A stretch of 64,000 nt of DNA from NCBI GenBank assembly GCA_964016885.1, contig OZ024743.1, positions 155,186,001-155,250,000 of the forward strand. The letters run 5' to 3'. Shown one piece after another: positions 37,260-50,545 of the stretch (positions are counted from its first letter, which is position 1; every line of letters starts with the position of its first letter). A program made the translations under genes and the position numbers. The notes under the pieces are model-generated. The model had not been told where the DNA came from and did no database searches. It saw only the letters and a program-made list of their open reading frames with translations. The DNA is from Eledone cirrhosa. Taxonomy: Eukaryota.

Positions 37260-40200
37260 AGTTGCATTTATCTTGCTTTATGTTCATACGAGTTATCACC
37301 AAGTCACAACCAGTGACCTCAAGAGACAACAAGGTCCGCCATGTTCAAGAAAGAACATACATATTCACACATGCATATTTAGGTGTTTAGACTTGTAATG
37401 TACTTATATTGACAGAATCTTCCTTAGTATATGGGCAGTTCCCATTACTACTATCTTGTATTTCCCATTAGTACTATCTTGTATTTCTCCTATACGCGGG
37501 TTTCCTGGGATTTGCAATAAGTAATCATTAGACCCCTTAGGTATCATTCCTAGAGCGCCTACAACCACTGGTATTGTTTTCGTTCTCAATTTCCACATTT
37601 TTCCAAATTCTATCGCCAGGTCCTTATACTTGCTCAATTTTTCAAATGTTTTTATAGATACATTCTTGTCTATTGGAACGGACATATCACTTAGAAGGCA
37701 TACCCTCGTTTTAAAGAGCTTCAGTATTATATCAGGTATATTTGCATCTATTTTTCGGTCTGTTTGGATGCTAAAGTTCCACAAGATTGAGATGTGATCT
37801 GTTTCAAGTATGGGAGGAGGTTGATGCTCCCACCAATTCTTTTGATGGGGCAGGTCAAAATGCTTACACATTATCCAATATATGTATTGTGCAGCTCTGT
37901 CATGCCTGTTTAGGTATTCGGTTGGAGCTATAGGACGACACATTGAAATTATATGATCAATGGTCTCTGGTTGTTTTTTACACACACGGCATAATGGGCT
38001 GCATCAATTTCTTCTTATGTTGGCTTGGTAATTTTTTGTTGGCAGACACTGATCTTATGATTATATAATCAGTCCGTCAGTCTCCGATTTCAGTCCAGAG
38101 GATGTCAACCACTGATGGGTTAAAGTTTTGTCAACATCAGGATTGTTAGCTCGTTCTGGGTATTTTCCATACAGAGGCTTTTCTTGCCATTTCTTAGCCA
38201 GTTTCTGTAGCAGTTCTTTCTTTGCAGTTACTTTTACCTGCTTTGCTTTTTCTGTGTTTTCCATTTCAACAGTAAATGGGACTTCTGAGATTTGTAGTCC
38301 ATTACTGTATCTTTGTGCATCTTTTGTAATGGAGTATTATCTTTTGATGCTTTCGTGTTTCAAAACGAGTTTGATCATCCAATCATGTGATTCCCTTAGA
38401 TATGTAGATGATCCAATTGTTGCAGTTTTCAACGCAATATCTAACTGGATTAACCCACGTCCTCCTTCTATCCTAGGGAGATATATTCTATCTGTATCTG
38501 CCTTAGGGTGATGCATTCTGTGCATGGTTAAGAATTTCGAATTTTTGTATCGAGCCTACGGATCTCTGTGCTTGACCAGTTGATGACATTGGAACTGTAG
38601 GTTACTACTGGTATGGCAAGCGTATTTATGGCATCGATCCTATTCCTTACATTCAATTCCGTTCTTAAGATTGCTCTTACTTTGAGGTAACATTCCTTCC
38701 TTATCCTTTCCCTCATTTTCGAGTGCTTGATTCTGTCTCCTTCACAAACACCTAGATACTTGTAAGTTTCCTGTTGGTCAAGTTCTCTTATCACATTCCC
38801 TCGATCAAGATTAATGTCTGGACTTTTCAGCAGCTTTCGTCTAGTCCAAACTCCATTTTAATGTCATCACTGAACTGCTCCACAGTGGATAATAATCCTT
38901 GCAAATGTTCATCATTTTTTTCAAATAGTTTCAGGTCATCCATGTAGAACAAGTGATTAATGGTTTTGTCATTGACTATATATCCATGTTTTGTTTCATT
39001 GAACATTTTACTTAATGGTATAAGCGCGACGCAGAATAAAAGCAGTGATAAAAAGTCACCCTGAAACATTCCACAATTAACATTAACTTCTCCAGCTTCC
39101 AGTGATTTTGTTTCACTATTCAAAAGTAGTTAGGTTTTCCATGTCTTCATACTGAATGACAAAAACCTCCTGACAACGGGAGATATTTTGAAAATCTCTA
39201 AACATTTTCAATCCATCTGTGTGGCAAACTATCGAATGCGTTTTTATAATCTATCCAAGAAATTGATAGATTTTTGTGTCTATTATGACAATCTTCCAGT
39301 ATCATTTTGTTAACCAGAAGCTGATCCTTACAGCCATATGAGCCTCGTTTACACCCTTTCTGCTCAATGGGAAATAGGTCATTTGTTATCAGGTTGTCAT
39401 ATGTATATTCAGTTAGGACTGATGTTAAATTGTTATACATTGTGGTCAAGCAAGTTATCGGCCTTTAATTTTTGGCATTGTTTGTCTCATCATTCTTCGG
39501 AAGCAGGAATGTAATGCCATTAACTAGCCATGATGTTATCTTTTCTGGCTCCTTAACTATTTCATTGTAAAGTTGGGCTAACAGATCATGAGACTCTGTG
39601 AAGGCATTTATCTAAATATTTTGTATTTTGCCTTTTACTGGGGATTTCCATTTGCTGGTTTTTCTAAGAGCCAAACGCAACTGTTCAACTTATATTTTCC
39701 CATATTTGTTCCTCAAGGTGAGCTGTATCTTTCATTTGTCTGTATATCCACGGGGCATGTATATCATGAACTTCCTCTTCGGCCCAGATCTTTTCCCAGA
39801 ATTATTTCACTTCCTCCTTGGGTGGTATTGATTTAGCAGTTATTGTTGACTTACAAATTTTTCTGTAGAACTTTCTTTGGTTGTTGTTGAACATATTATT
39901 GTCCTTATGGAATCTAGACACTTTTTGCTTGATTATTTCTATCAGCATGTCTATGTCATTTGTTGATTTTATACTGTACAATCTTTTCAATTTTCTAAGT
40001 TTAGTTTGTTTAACATGTTCACCTACATTATAGTTTGTTAAAATGTCTATGTCAGATCGGAGAAGGTTTATTTGGCTATTGATGTTCTCTTGCCAAATAG
40101 ATTTCTTGTGGGGATTCCTTTGTTTTTTCATTTTCACTCCACATAAGTGAGTGGTGACTTTAGCCGATGCATAATAGAGATGATTTAAATCAGTAATGTT

Positions 40201-40440
40201 TAGTTTGTTTGTGATGATAATGTTTTTGAGAATTATGTTAGTCTTGTGTATTATCTTTTGGTTCTGTATGGAGTTCTGGATCTTAGGGAGGGTGTCTCGT
40301 TGCCCCATGTCAGATTCTTTCATTTTCATCCATTCGATCATAATTTCATCCTTCAAGTTGGCAAGTTCATTCTCATTAATTTCTTTATCATTTACGATCT
40401 CATTGTTTTCATTTTGGTAAGCCAGTTAATACAGCATATC
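37258..40440 (-). mobile_element. R4/Dong-type RLE retrotransposon family A, long decayed copy
   Basis: EQKGCKRGSYGCKDQLL, WIDYKNAFDS, GMFQGD, HLFYMDDLKL, YKYLG, a CCHC knuckle, RHD and RLE motifs. 3' UTR matches 2299-2440. Confidence 0.93.
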
Positions 40441-43110
40441 GATTATAATAAAAATAAACAGTATACATATGCATATGCATATGTAAATACAAGTAGGGAT
40501 ATCAGTCTTACAGAGATAGTGCTCTTCTCAATACGTGTGCAGTACCAGTCAAAACAATGTTTTGAAGCTCGTGCCGAGAGGGTAAACACGGAATCATTCG
40601 CAAATATTATGCTGTTCCTTTCTTGATCATTCCCAGTCCTCCCAGAATCACTGGTATTGTAACGGCCTTGAGGTGCCACGTTTTCTCAATTTCAATAAGC
40701 AGATCTTTATATTTTCGTAGCTTGTCAAATTCTTTTGCCGCGATATTGTGATGACATGGGATGCTCATATCTAACAATAAACAGTCCTTGTTATCTGGAG
40801 ATTTTACAATCATGTCAGGACCATTTGCTTTTATGGTCCTCTCAGTATGTACAGAAAGTCCCAGAGAATTGTTACTTTTTCTCCTTCAGTTAAAGCCTCG
40901 GGTGATGATTGTACCACTTGTCTTCAGATTTGATTTTGTAATGCCGACATATTACCCAGTGTAGATATTGGCCAACTCTGTCATGTCTATATTTGTATTC
41001 TACTGGTGCTAAAACGTTACATTTAGTGATGCACTGTTTCAACCTCAGCATTGCAGAATCGGCACTTTGTGTTTGTTCCGTTTCTCATCAAATTAGCCTT
41101 GTAATTCCGAGTCAATAAGCTTAGATCTTGGGCAGCTAAGATGAAGCCTTCACTCTCCGACTTTAGCCCTGAACTACGTAGCCACTGAAAGGTGTGTTTT
41201 TGGTCAACATCAGCTTGTTTGTTATGGGCCACATATTTCCCATGCAGATGTTTCTGCTCCCAATGTGATGCTAATTGTGCTTGCCCTTTTGCTTTTGCCA
41301 GTGATTTTATGTGTCTAACAGCAACAGTTGCAACAGTTTCTTTAGTCTGTCCAGCTTGGGTATCAAACATGAGATCAGTAGCATATGTTTTGCTCTCCTT
41401 CAAGATAGAATGAAGCTTCTTATGTCTCTCATGCTTTTCAACAATTTTCAGTATGCACTCGTTAGTTGTTTCAAGGTATTTGGCCAGTCCAATGATGGTG
41501 GTCTTGTAATGAAGTTCAAATTGGATCACGCCACGGCCTCCTTGAGTTCTAGGAAGGTTAAAACGATCCACAACTGCTTTTGGGTGGTGCATCCTATTAC
41601 AGGTCAGTACTTTACAGACTTTGTGTCGATTCTTTTGATTTTACTCATACTCCAGTTCAACACACCGAAGCTACAAGTGACAACTGTGACTGCCAAGGAA
41701 TTTATGGCTAGCACCTTGATACCAGCGTTTAGTTCTGATCTCAGAACTGCACGTTCTCTCCTGTAATATGATTTTCTTATCCTCTCTTTCATACGTGCAT
41801 GTTGTATGCCAGAGCCCTCATTAATCCCTAAGTATTTACATGTTTGTTCCTGCTCAAGTTCCTTTGTAATTGTTTCAGCATCCAATTCAACTGAGTTTGA
41901 GTTGACAACATTCCCCTTTCTTCAAAGTGGCTTTTGCACACTTGTCAAGTCCAAACTCAATCTTGATGTCATCGCTAAACGTTTTTACTGTCCGCAAAAG
42001 GACTTCCGGTTCGTCATTATCTTTGCAATATAGCTTCAAATCATCCATATAAAATAGGTGGGTTATGTTTTTGTTGTCAATTCTATAACCCTACCCTGAT
42101 CTATTAAGTTCGGATGTAAGGGGTATTAATGCTATGCAAAAAAGCAAGGGTTAAATTGAGTCACCCTAGAACATACCCCAGTGGAATGAGACAATCGGAG
42201 ATTTGTGTTCCATAATGACATATTGGGTTTCAGGAAGTTTGAGATCACAGGTGAGATTTTGAAGATGTCCAGTGATCTCAGAATCCATGAGTGTGGTATG
42301 CTGTCAAAGGCTTTTTTTTATAATCGATCCATGCAGAACTGAGATTTCTGTGTTTATTATGACAGTTCTCAAGGGTCATACGATTAATCAAAAGTTGATC
42401 TTTGCAACCATATGAACCACGTCGGCAGCCTTTTTGTTCAATGGGGAAAAGATTGTTTTCCTCCAAAAACACGTACGCTTTTTCCATGAAAATTGACTTT
42501 AATAGTTTATAAGTGCTGGACAAGCATGTTATGGGCCGATAATTTTTTGGATCTTTGGTTTCGTTGTTCTCTGGTAAAAGTTAGGTAATGCCACTTGCTA
42601 TCAAATCAGGTGTATTTTTTGGATCTTTCATAATTCCATTAAACAGCTTGACTAATATACTGTCTGTGCACGGGAGTGAGGAAAGCCGAGATATTTGGCA
42701 CCCTGTTTCTACCAGGAGATTTCCATTTATAAGATTTATTTAAGTTTTCAACTTCTTCTATAATTATTCAATAATTACTTTTTTCTTCCCTACATCTCTA
42801 TAAAATGACTAGGCATTGGATGAGAACAACTTATTTTGCCTTTACAAGTTGTTTCACTTCTCGAATCTACGAATTCGTTGGGCTTTTAATTCGCCTTTTT
42901 ATTTCAGAGATTCTTTTATTGAAACTAGTGGTTCACTAGAAGACAGTCCATCTTTTCTCTTTAGCTTTCTCACCTTCTTTGATCTTGTATCATTTCCAGC
43001 GGTTAAGTCACTCAATAAATATATTTCTCATCTCATTACGTCAATCTCCTTTTCGATTCTACTCCTCCAAATTGGTTTACCTCTAAGGTTCGACTTATTT
43101 TGTTTTTTTG
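40441..43110 (-). mobile_element. R4/Dong-type RLE retrotransposon family B, decayed
   Basis: EQKGCRRGSYGCKDQLL, HLFYMDDLKL (~42030-42060), LPRTQGGRG, LKSESEGFILAAQD, CRFC, LLDMSIP..EFDKLRKYKDL. Its 3' UTR differs from family A. Confidence 0.9.
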
Positions 43111-43906
43111 AAGAACTTTCAGCCAGGGCCTATGGATAACTTCCAAAAATCCCAGGCGTGGCAGTGCTACCGGGGAGTGTTGCCGGTTCGAGATAAGCTC
43201 TACAGACACGGAAGTGCCGTCAGCCGAGCCTGCCCGGGAGGTGCGCAGAGCGGCGAAACCGTCGTGCACGCACTGCTGACTTGTGGAGCTATGTCAAACA
43301 GTTGCTGTCACGTGTAGGACTGATCCAGTTATCGACTGAGTCCATTATGCAGATGGTCTCGCCATCTTCCTTCGAGGAGGAAGGGCAGACGGTTTATCAT
43401 CTGCCTGGTGGCCATGGCGAAAGAAATTGTGCGGTGGACAAAGTTGAAAGGGTTAAAGACAGATACTTTCCTCTTCGGCAAATCCCTAATTAACTTTTTC
43501 AAGTTTCACTTGAAGAGGAAAATTAGAGTGGAGAGTCAAGTGCCGTCTAGCAAGTTTGTTGAAAGGTGGGTGAATGTAACGAGAATAGTGCGAGTGAACG
43601 GTACGCTGTGAATATACGCCTGTAGGTTGAGAAATGGAAACATTGAGAGAGAGCAATCGCCCTGGTGGTCAGGGTGGCCGTGGTCTTGGGGAGTTTTTTC
43701 ATTGTTTCTGTTTTCATTTTTATTGTTTATATAATATATGTTTCTATGTATTATTTTTTCTTTTTTTTATATAAATAATAAAATTGTTTACACGCACAAA
43801 ACCCACATCGTACCGTCCTGTACCGTCGTTTGCCGTCTGTAATGTTTTTCTTGATGTCAGCCCTTGTGGCCAATAAAGAAATCATTATTATTATTATTAT
43901 TATTAT
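43111..43906 (+). mobile_element. Tx1 3' fragment with (ATT)n tail
   Basis: PGPMDNFQKSQAWQCYRG; 3' end GCCAATAAAGAAATC(ATT)n. Confidence 0.9.
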
Positions 43907-44097
43907 AGTTGCATTTATCTTGCTTTATGGTCATACGAGTTATCACCAAGTCACAACCAGTGACCTCAAGAGACAACAAGGTCCGCCATGTTCAAGAAAG
44001 AACATACATACTCACACATGCATCTTTAGTGTTTAGACTTGTGATGTACTTATATTGACAGAATCTTCCTTAGCATATGGGCAGTTCCCATTAGTAC
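43907..44097 (-). mobile_element. Dong A very short 3' fragment between two (ATT)n tracts
   Basis: Near-identical reverse complement of 2251-2440. Confidence 0.92.
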
Positions 44098-44132
<35 letters not shown>

Positions 44133-44137
44133 GTTAT

Positions 44138-44731
44138 TCCTTGAATCTCAGTCATTGGTGTTGGTTAACTGGAAAGTCCGTTGGAATGAATATCAAGCCA
44201 CTACCTGCAGCCTCAGATATTCAGGACGTATCGGAGGGTTCTTTCTGTTCCAAGCAAGCATGCCTTTGAAGCGTTGCAAAAAGCGTGAAGGGGCCGATTT
44301 TCTTTAACCATCCCTGGAAACTTTTGGAGATAGTCCCCAGTGCGCCTATGACAATCGGGATCACTTTGACTTCATGGCAGTTCCAAATCCTTTTCACCTC
44401 CCACTTTAGGTCCTGGTATCGGTTAATTTTCTCCCTCTCCTTCTCTTGCACTCTCGTGTCGAAAGGGCAGGCCACATCCACAATCAGACACGATCTTTTT
44501 TCTTTGTCCACAACCACCAGGTCAGGTCTATTTTGTTTCAGTTTTTTGTCCGTCTGTATCCTAAAATCCCACAGCACCTTCACCTGATTGTTCTCCATCA
44601 CCGCCTCTGGCCTATGCTCATACCATTTCTCAGAATGTGGTAGATTGTTTACTTTGCACAGGTGCCAGTGGATCACCCTGCCCATCACATCGTGTCTCCA
44701 GCCCTTATAGTGGGTCTGGGCTAGGTGTTTA
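44138..44731 (-). mobile_element. R4/Dong-type family C 3' fragment (RLE domain)
   Basis: RHDVMGRVIHWHLC, KVLWDFRIQTD, NRPDLVVVD, IVDVACPFD, EKINRYQDL. TAA tracts at both ends. Confidence 0.9.
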
Positions 44732-44744
44732 CTATTATTATTAT

Positions 44745-45275
<531 letters not shown>

Positions 45276-48200
45276 GGCGACATACGTAGTAAATCGTATT
45301 CTCGTGAGCTCCGCAAAGGTTTGTTGTTTCAAATTGACATTTTTGGAAAATGTTTGTTGTTAAGTGTTTATAAGGTCTCATAATTTGCTTTCGAAAAAGA
45401 ACACTCAAAAAGATTGGGGCCTTGAGCCCAAAATTTAAACTTTTATAAATATCAAACAAAAAATTACTTTGGAAAAACATGGACGACTCACAGCTACACG
45501 AGGCTGACAGCCTTCCTCACAAACTAACATCTCACACCAACACCACCATTGTAAATATTAATCCGTTTGCCAACACTAAAAATATAAGCAGTAGCAATAA
45601 TTTAAATTTGTCATGCAGATATTCATTTCCCGCCATTACCAGTGACTTCAGGTATTGTAGCCGCCACCACCACCACCACCGCCACAGCGACAACAGAACA
45701 CCCCCCTCCCCCCCAAAAAAAATTATCTCGTGACATGGAAATGGATTCACCCAGAATCGACTCTTCCACACCGAACAGCACTGACGCCACCACCACCACA
45801 AGTGAAAATAAAAATAACAATAACAAACATAACAAAAATAACAACAGCAACAACAACTATGGGAATAACAACACCGTGTCGTTTGCCAAAGCAGCCCAAA
45901 AATGCGAAACAATCCAGGTAACTCAAGAGTAATTAGATGAAGCCAAGAGAATGGAAAACAAATTTGGATACAGAGTCAGCCTCCCAACCACACCCCACCA
46001 ACCTAAAATGGAGCATAGGCGCCTATGCACCGTGTCTTATCGGACGATTAACATAAAATCACGCCGAGTAGAACAGGCATCCCAGTCCCAAATCCAAAAT
46101 ACTTTGGGACGTGTGTGGGCAGAAAATGGAACCGTGGACGTGTTATTTGGAACACCACAGAAGGCCAGAGAGCACTCCATGTCTCCATTAATAAGCGACG
46201 ACTTCACACTCGTCCCAAGCTATTGTGGCCAGAGTCTCGTAAAGATCGGGGTGACCCGCGTTCCAGAGGCCATCGAAATTCCCTGGCTAATGGCTGCCGT
46301 CCTCGCCGGCATCGAGGCAAACACCAAGATAATAGCGAGAGAAAATCAGGGGAACTGGTCCGGATCTGGGATGGAGCTCCTGATCCAAGCGGACAAAAAA
46401 AGCATTGTCCAGATCCCAGAGGTAATAGACCTCAATGACGGCAGCCACCTCACCTTAATCGTCGAAGGTAGGCGGCCTAGGTGTGTCGTTTGTGGTAAAG
46501 GAACACACCTAAGGGCTTTCTGCCCTTAGGCTAAAATGTTGAGGCCACCTCTCTTACCGACCCCAGTGAATCAACCATCAACACCACCAGCAGCAGAAAT
46601 GGCAGCAACAATTGTAGCAGCAACAATAGAAGTAACTGTAGCAGCAACATCCCCATGCAACGGTAGCACAACCAAAACCACCACCACCTAACGCGCCAGA
46701 AAAGCACCAGCGCCTACACCATCCACCACACCACAACCAAAACCAACGCCTGTGGACGATTTTCCACTCCCCGACCTATCGCAACTGGAGATAGATTGTG
46801 ACAACGAGGAGTGGGACACGGTATCAGGAAAAAAAAAAAAAAAGCCAAAAAAGAAAGATGTCTCTTCCTTCCCCCTCCAAAAACAAAATACAGTGGGAAA
46901 CAAATAAATTATCAAACAAAAAAGTTAAGACAGCTATGCCACCATCCACACCATCATCACCAACCCCATAACCACAAACACCAACACCATCAACATCAGT
47001 AACACCAACACCACAAAAGTCAGCAGAAAGCGAAACAGAAACAAACTCACAACAAACGCAAACAAAATAAAACACTCAAAACGATACACACTACACAGCA
47101 TTAAATTTTAACAACAACCAATTATTACACTACATCCAACACAACACCAGCATCACAGAAAAAGACTACACAACACCCCAAAGGTACACACCACCTCCAC
47201 ACATACAAGTCACACAATCACACAGAAAACGTACACGGCACTAAAACAAACATTCCCCAAAGACATCGGAGACTTCCGACAAACACTGTCCAGGTGAAAT
47301 TTATAAGGACATACTTCCGGAGGAGGCCACAAGCAGTGAAAAGGATGGACAAACCATCCATCCTCTACGGGAAGTAAGGTATGTGGTCTTTCCCATCTTT
47401 TCCACTCCATTTCAACATGACCTCACTCAGAATAGGCAACATAAATGCGCGTGGCTTGGGGTCGTCATGGAAGCAGGGCCACCTGCACAACGACATCAGG
47501 TCACAAAATATAGATGTAGTGGCCATCAGTGATACCAGGATCTCCGAAGGTCGGGCCATCGCATCGATCTTCGGCGGCTACGATGTGTACGCATCTGCCA
47601 GCGTCCTGGATCGGTGGGGGAGGGGGGCGAGTTTCTGTGCTTTTTCAACGAGGTTAGGATCTCGCCATACGGGCCATCTTCCTAGATCCAGAAGGTAAGT
47701 TGGTGATGCTGGACGTCAGCAGCGGAGACGGGCAAGCTTTCAGGCTAGTGGCCGTCTATTCCCCGACAGGAGCAGGGTGGCCTGATTTCTTCCGGCGTCT
47801 GGAGACCTTTCTTGGAACGTCCCACTCTTTAGTGTTAGTGGGCGACTGGAACGGGATCTTAGATGCACGCTGGGACTGTGTGAGATTAGCGGATAGGGGA
47901 CGAGGGTGCAAGAGCCTCACCAACCTGCTCAGGCGTTTTGAACTCTCTGACAGGTACCGATTGGATTTCCTGAATGTGCAAATGTGAATTTGGACAAACC
48001 GCATCAGATCATCCAGATCATATCTAGATATAGTATTTTGTAGGGAAATAGATAGATCTAGCATAGGCTGTCCACAATTCAAGATAGTCAGCTACACGGA
48101 CCAAAAATTCGTGATCTGTGTGCTTGACTTAGATAGGCTTCATAGACGAGACCCGGCGAATGGAAGCTAAAGGCATCCTTACCAGCGCGCAAGGCCTACA

Positions 48201-50367
48201 GAGACAGGATTAGCGAACTAGTTAAGCGGGCGTTGACGGGAGCCATCAACAACAACAAGTGGAGATTTGCCCTGAAAAGAACGATTAGAATAGAGTCCAT
48301 TAGGTTTAGTAAGGCTTTAGCAATAGAGAGAAATAGAGAAGATGGAGAACTAGTTAGAAAATTAGAAGAGGCGCTTAGCAAAGGCATCGCGACCGACGGA
48401 CTTGCGGCGAAATTGACTCTTGACCAATTCTTCAATGCAAAGCACGAAGGCTGCGTTGTCAGAGCTAGGGTCCGTGCTCTCTGTCACGAAGGGACGAAAG
48501 CCGTTCAATGGGCCAGAGTGGCGGAGGCGCTTCGAGGCAACAAAGCCACGTCCGGTCTTTGGGGGACCACGACGGGCGCATGCTACTCGATCCCGGGCAA
48601 ATGTGTGAATATTTTCAGCGACACTTCGCTCAGCTGTTCGGGGGCAGCGGCGGACTGGATCAAGGGATGGACTTTAGTGTCAACCTCGACAGACTGCCGC
48701 GGCTCTCGGCCACTGAGGCGGAGTGTTGCGAAAGGCCGATAAGAGCCGCTAAAGTAAGGGAGGCAATGACTGGCTACACAAGGGGTAAATCGACTGATTA
48801 GGATGGTCTGCCCTACGAACTCGTACAGATGTCATACAGGTTCGGAGGCCTCTTGGCGGACGTCAACTGCAACTGATAACAGAAAGGGAAAATTCCCAGC
48901 TCTGTGAGCCGAGGAGCGGTGGCGCTGCTGAGAAAGGATCCCAACATGGGTGAAAACATAGATAATTTCAGGCCCATAACTCTGTTAAGCACAGAGTTCA
49001 AGATTTTGGCCAGGGTGCTAGCAAAGAGCTTGGCGCTTGTCGTTTCTAGTCTGGTTGGAGATCGCAGACATGCGCCATTCCCGACAGATCCATGCAAGAA
49101 AACCTCCACCTAATCCGATTCATCGTGGATAGGGTAGCTAGGGAACCTGGCACGAGTGGTACTCGCTGAATTTAGATCAGTCGAAAGCTTTCGATAGGGT
49201 CGACCATCGTTACCTAGCGACAGTACTGGGGGCGGCTGGCTTTGGACCCGTCTTCAGAGGCTGGATCGCTGCCATGCACAGCGACATCTGCTCTGTGGTG
49301 AGAGTGAACGGTCACCTTACGGAACTGGTGAACATCTTGCGCTCGGTCCGGCAAGGATGACCCTCTCGTCCCTCTTGTACGTATTGACTCTCCGGCCATT
49401 ACTTCACAAACTGCAGACGTTGAGGGGGATCCCACGGGAACTAGGATGTGGAAGATCCGTGTCAGCTTATGCGAACGATGTCACCGTAATGGTGTCGAAC
49501 GCGAAACACATCGAGGCGATCGGCACTACACTAAGAGAATACGAAGCGATGACAGGAGCAATGATCAACCAGGAAAAGTCAGAGGGCTACAGCTCGGCAC
49601 CTGGAGAGGCAAGTCCATGCCGTCCAAGAGCGTCGTCGGGCGCTGGACGGACGGACCGGTTAAATTGCTAGGGGTCTGGTTCGGTCAGGACCTCCAGACC
49701 GACACAACTGGGACGTGGTGACGAGCAGGGTGGCTTCTCTCACCCAGAAAGGGGCGGAGAGGAAGCTATCCCTGAAAGGTAGAGCGGAGGTGGCTAAAGC
49801 GTACATCGCGTCCGTCATCTACTACCGTATGACCGTCGTACCTTGTCCTAAGCCCCGCTTGACTGCGCTGGAGCGTTTGCTTTCTCGCTTTTTGTGGGAA
49901 GGGACGCGCTCCAATTGTCAGGCGGTCCATCTGCTGTCAACACCCGATATGTGGAGGGCTGGGCATGCCGTGGCTGATGATGCGCAGACACGCGCTCAGG
50001 CTACGACATCTCCACCTCTTTCTCGACGGTGATCAGGTCTTGTCGCCGTTTGCTAGACGCCACTTTCCCCAGCTCGTCTCCTTGACGGAGCTGCAGTCCT
50101 GGGTCAAGCGAAGACGGAGATGGAACGCTTGGAGAGTGGAATGTCTTCAGGCGCTCACAGCCCTCGACCAATCGGGCAATGTGATCGGTGGGAACTACTC
50201 CTTGGCGTTATATTGTGGATTAGTGGAGGGGAAACTCTAGGCGTCGACGAAAATCAACTAGCCAATCTCTTCGGAATAACTTTTGGGCCGGGGCCTATGG
50301 ACAATTTCCAGAAATCCCTGGCCTGGAAGTGCTACCGAGGAGCTTTGCCAGTTCAGGATAAACTCTC
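45276..50367 (+). mobile_element. 5'-complete, 3'-truncated L1/Tx1-clade LINE (decayed ORF1 + ORF2)
   Basis: Starts GGCGAC directly after (ATT)n. ORF1 has the CCHC knuckle CVVCGKGTHLRAFCP. APE motifs LRIGNINARGLG, LVGDWN, SYLD; RT motifs NFRPITLL, LDQSKAFDRVDH, RQG, SAYANDV. Confidence 0.93.
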
Positions 50368-50545
50368 CGGCCCTTTATGATCTGAGGTCGAATCCCGCCG
50401 CGGTTAACTTCCTCTTTCATCCTTACGGGTTCGATAAAATAAAGTACCAATCACGCACTGGAGGCTATTTAATCGACTTTCTCCTCTGCCAAATTTGCTG
50501 GCCTTGTGCCGATAAAAGAAACCATTATCATTACTATTATTATTG
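50368..50545 (+). mobile_element. SINE, 5' part missing, fused to the truncated Tx1
   Basis: B-box GGTCGAATCC, TTTCATCCTTACGGGTTCGATAAAATAAAGTACCA, tail GCCTTGTGCCGATAAAAGAAACCATTAT. Confidence 0.8.
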
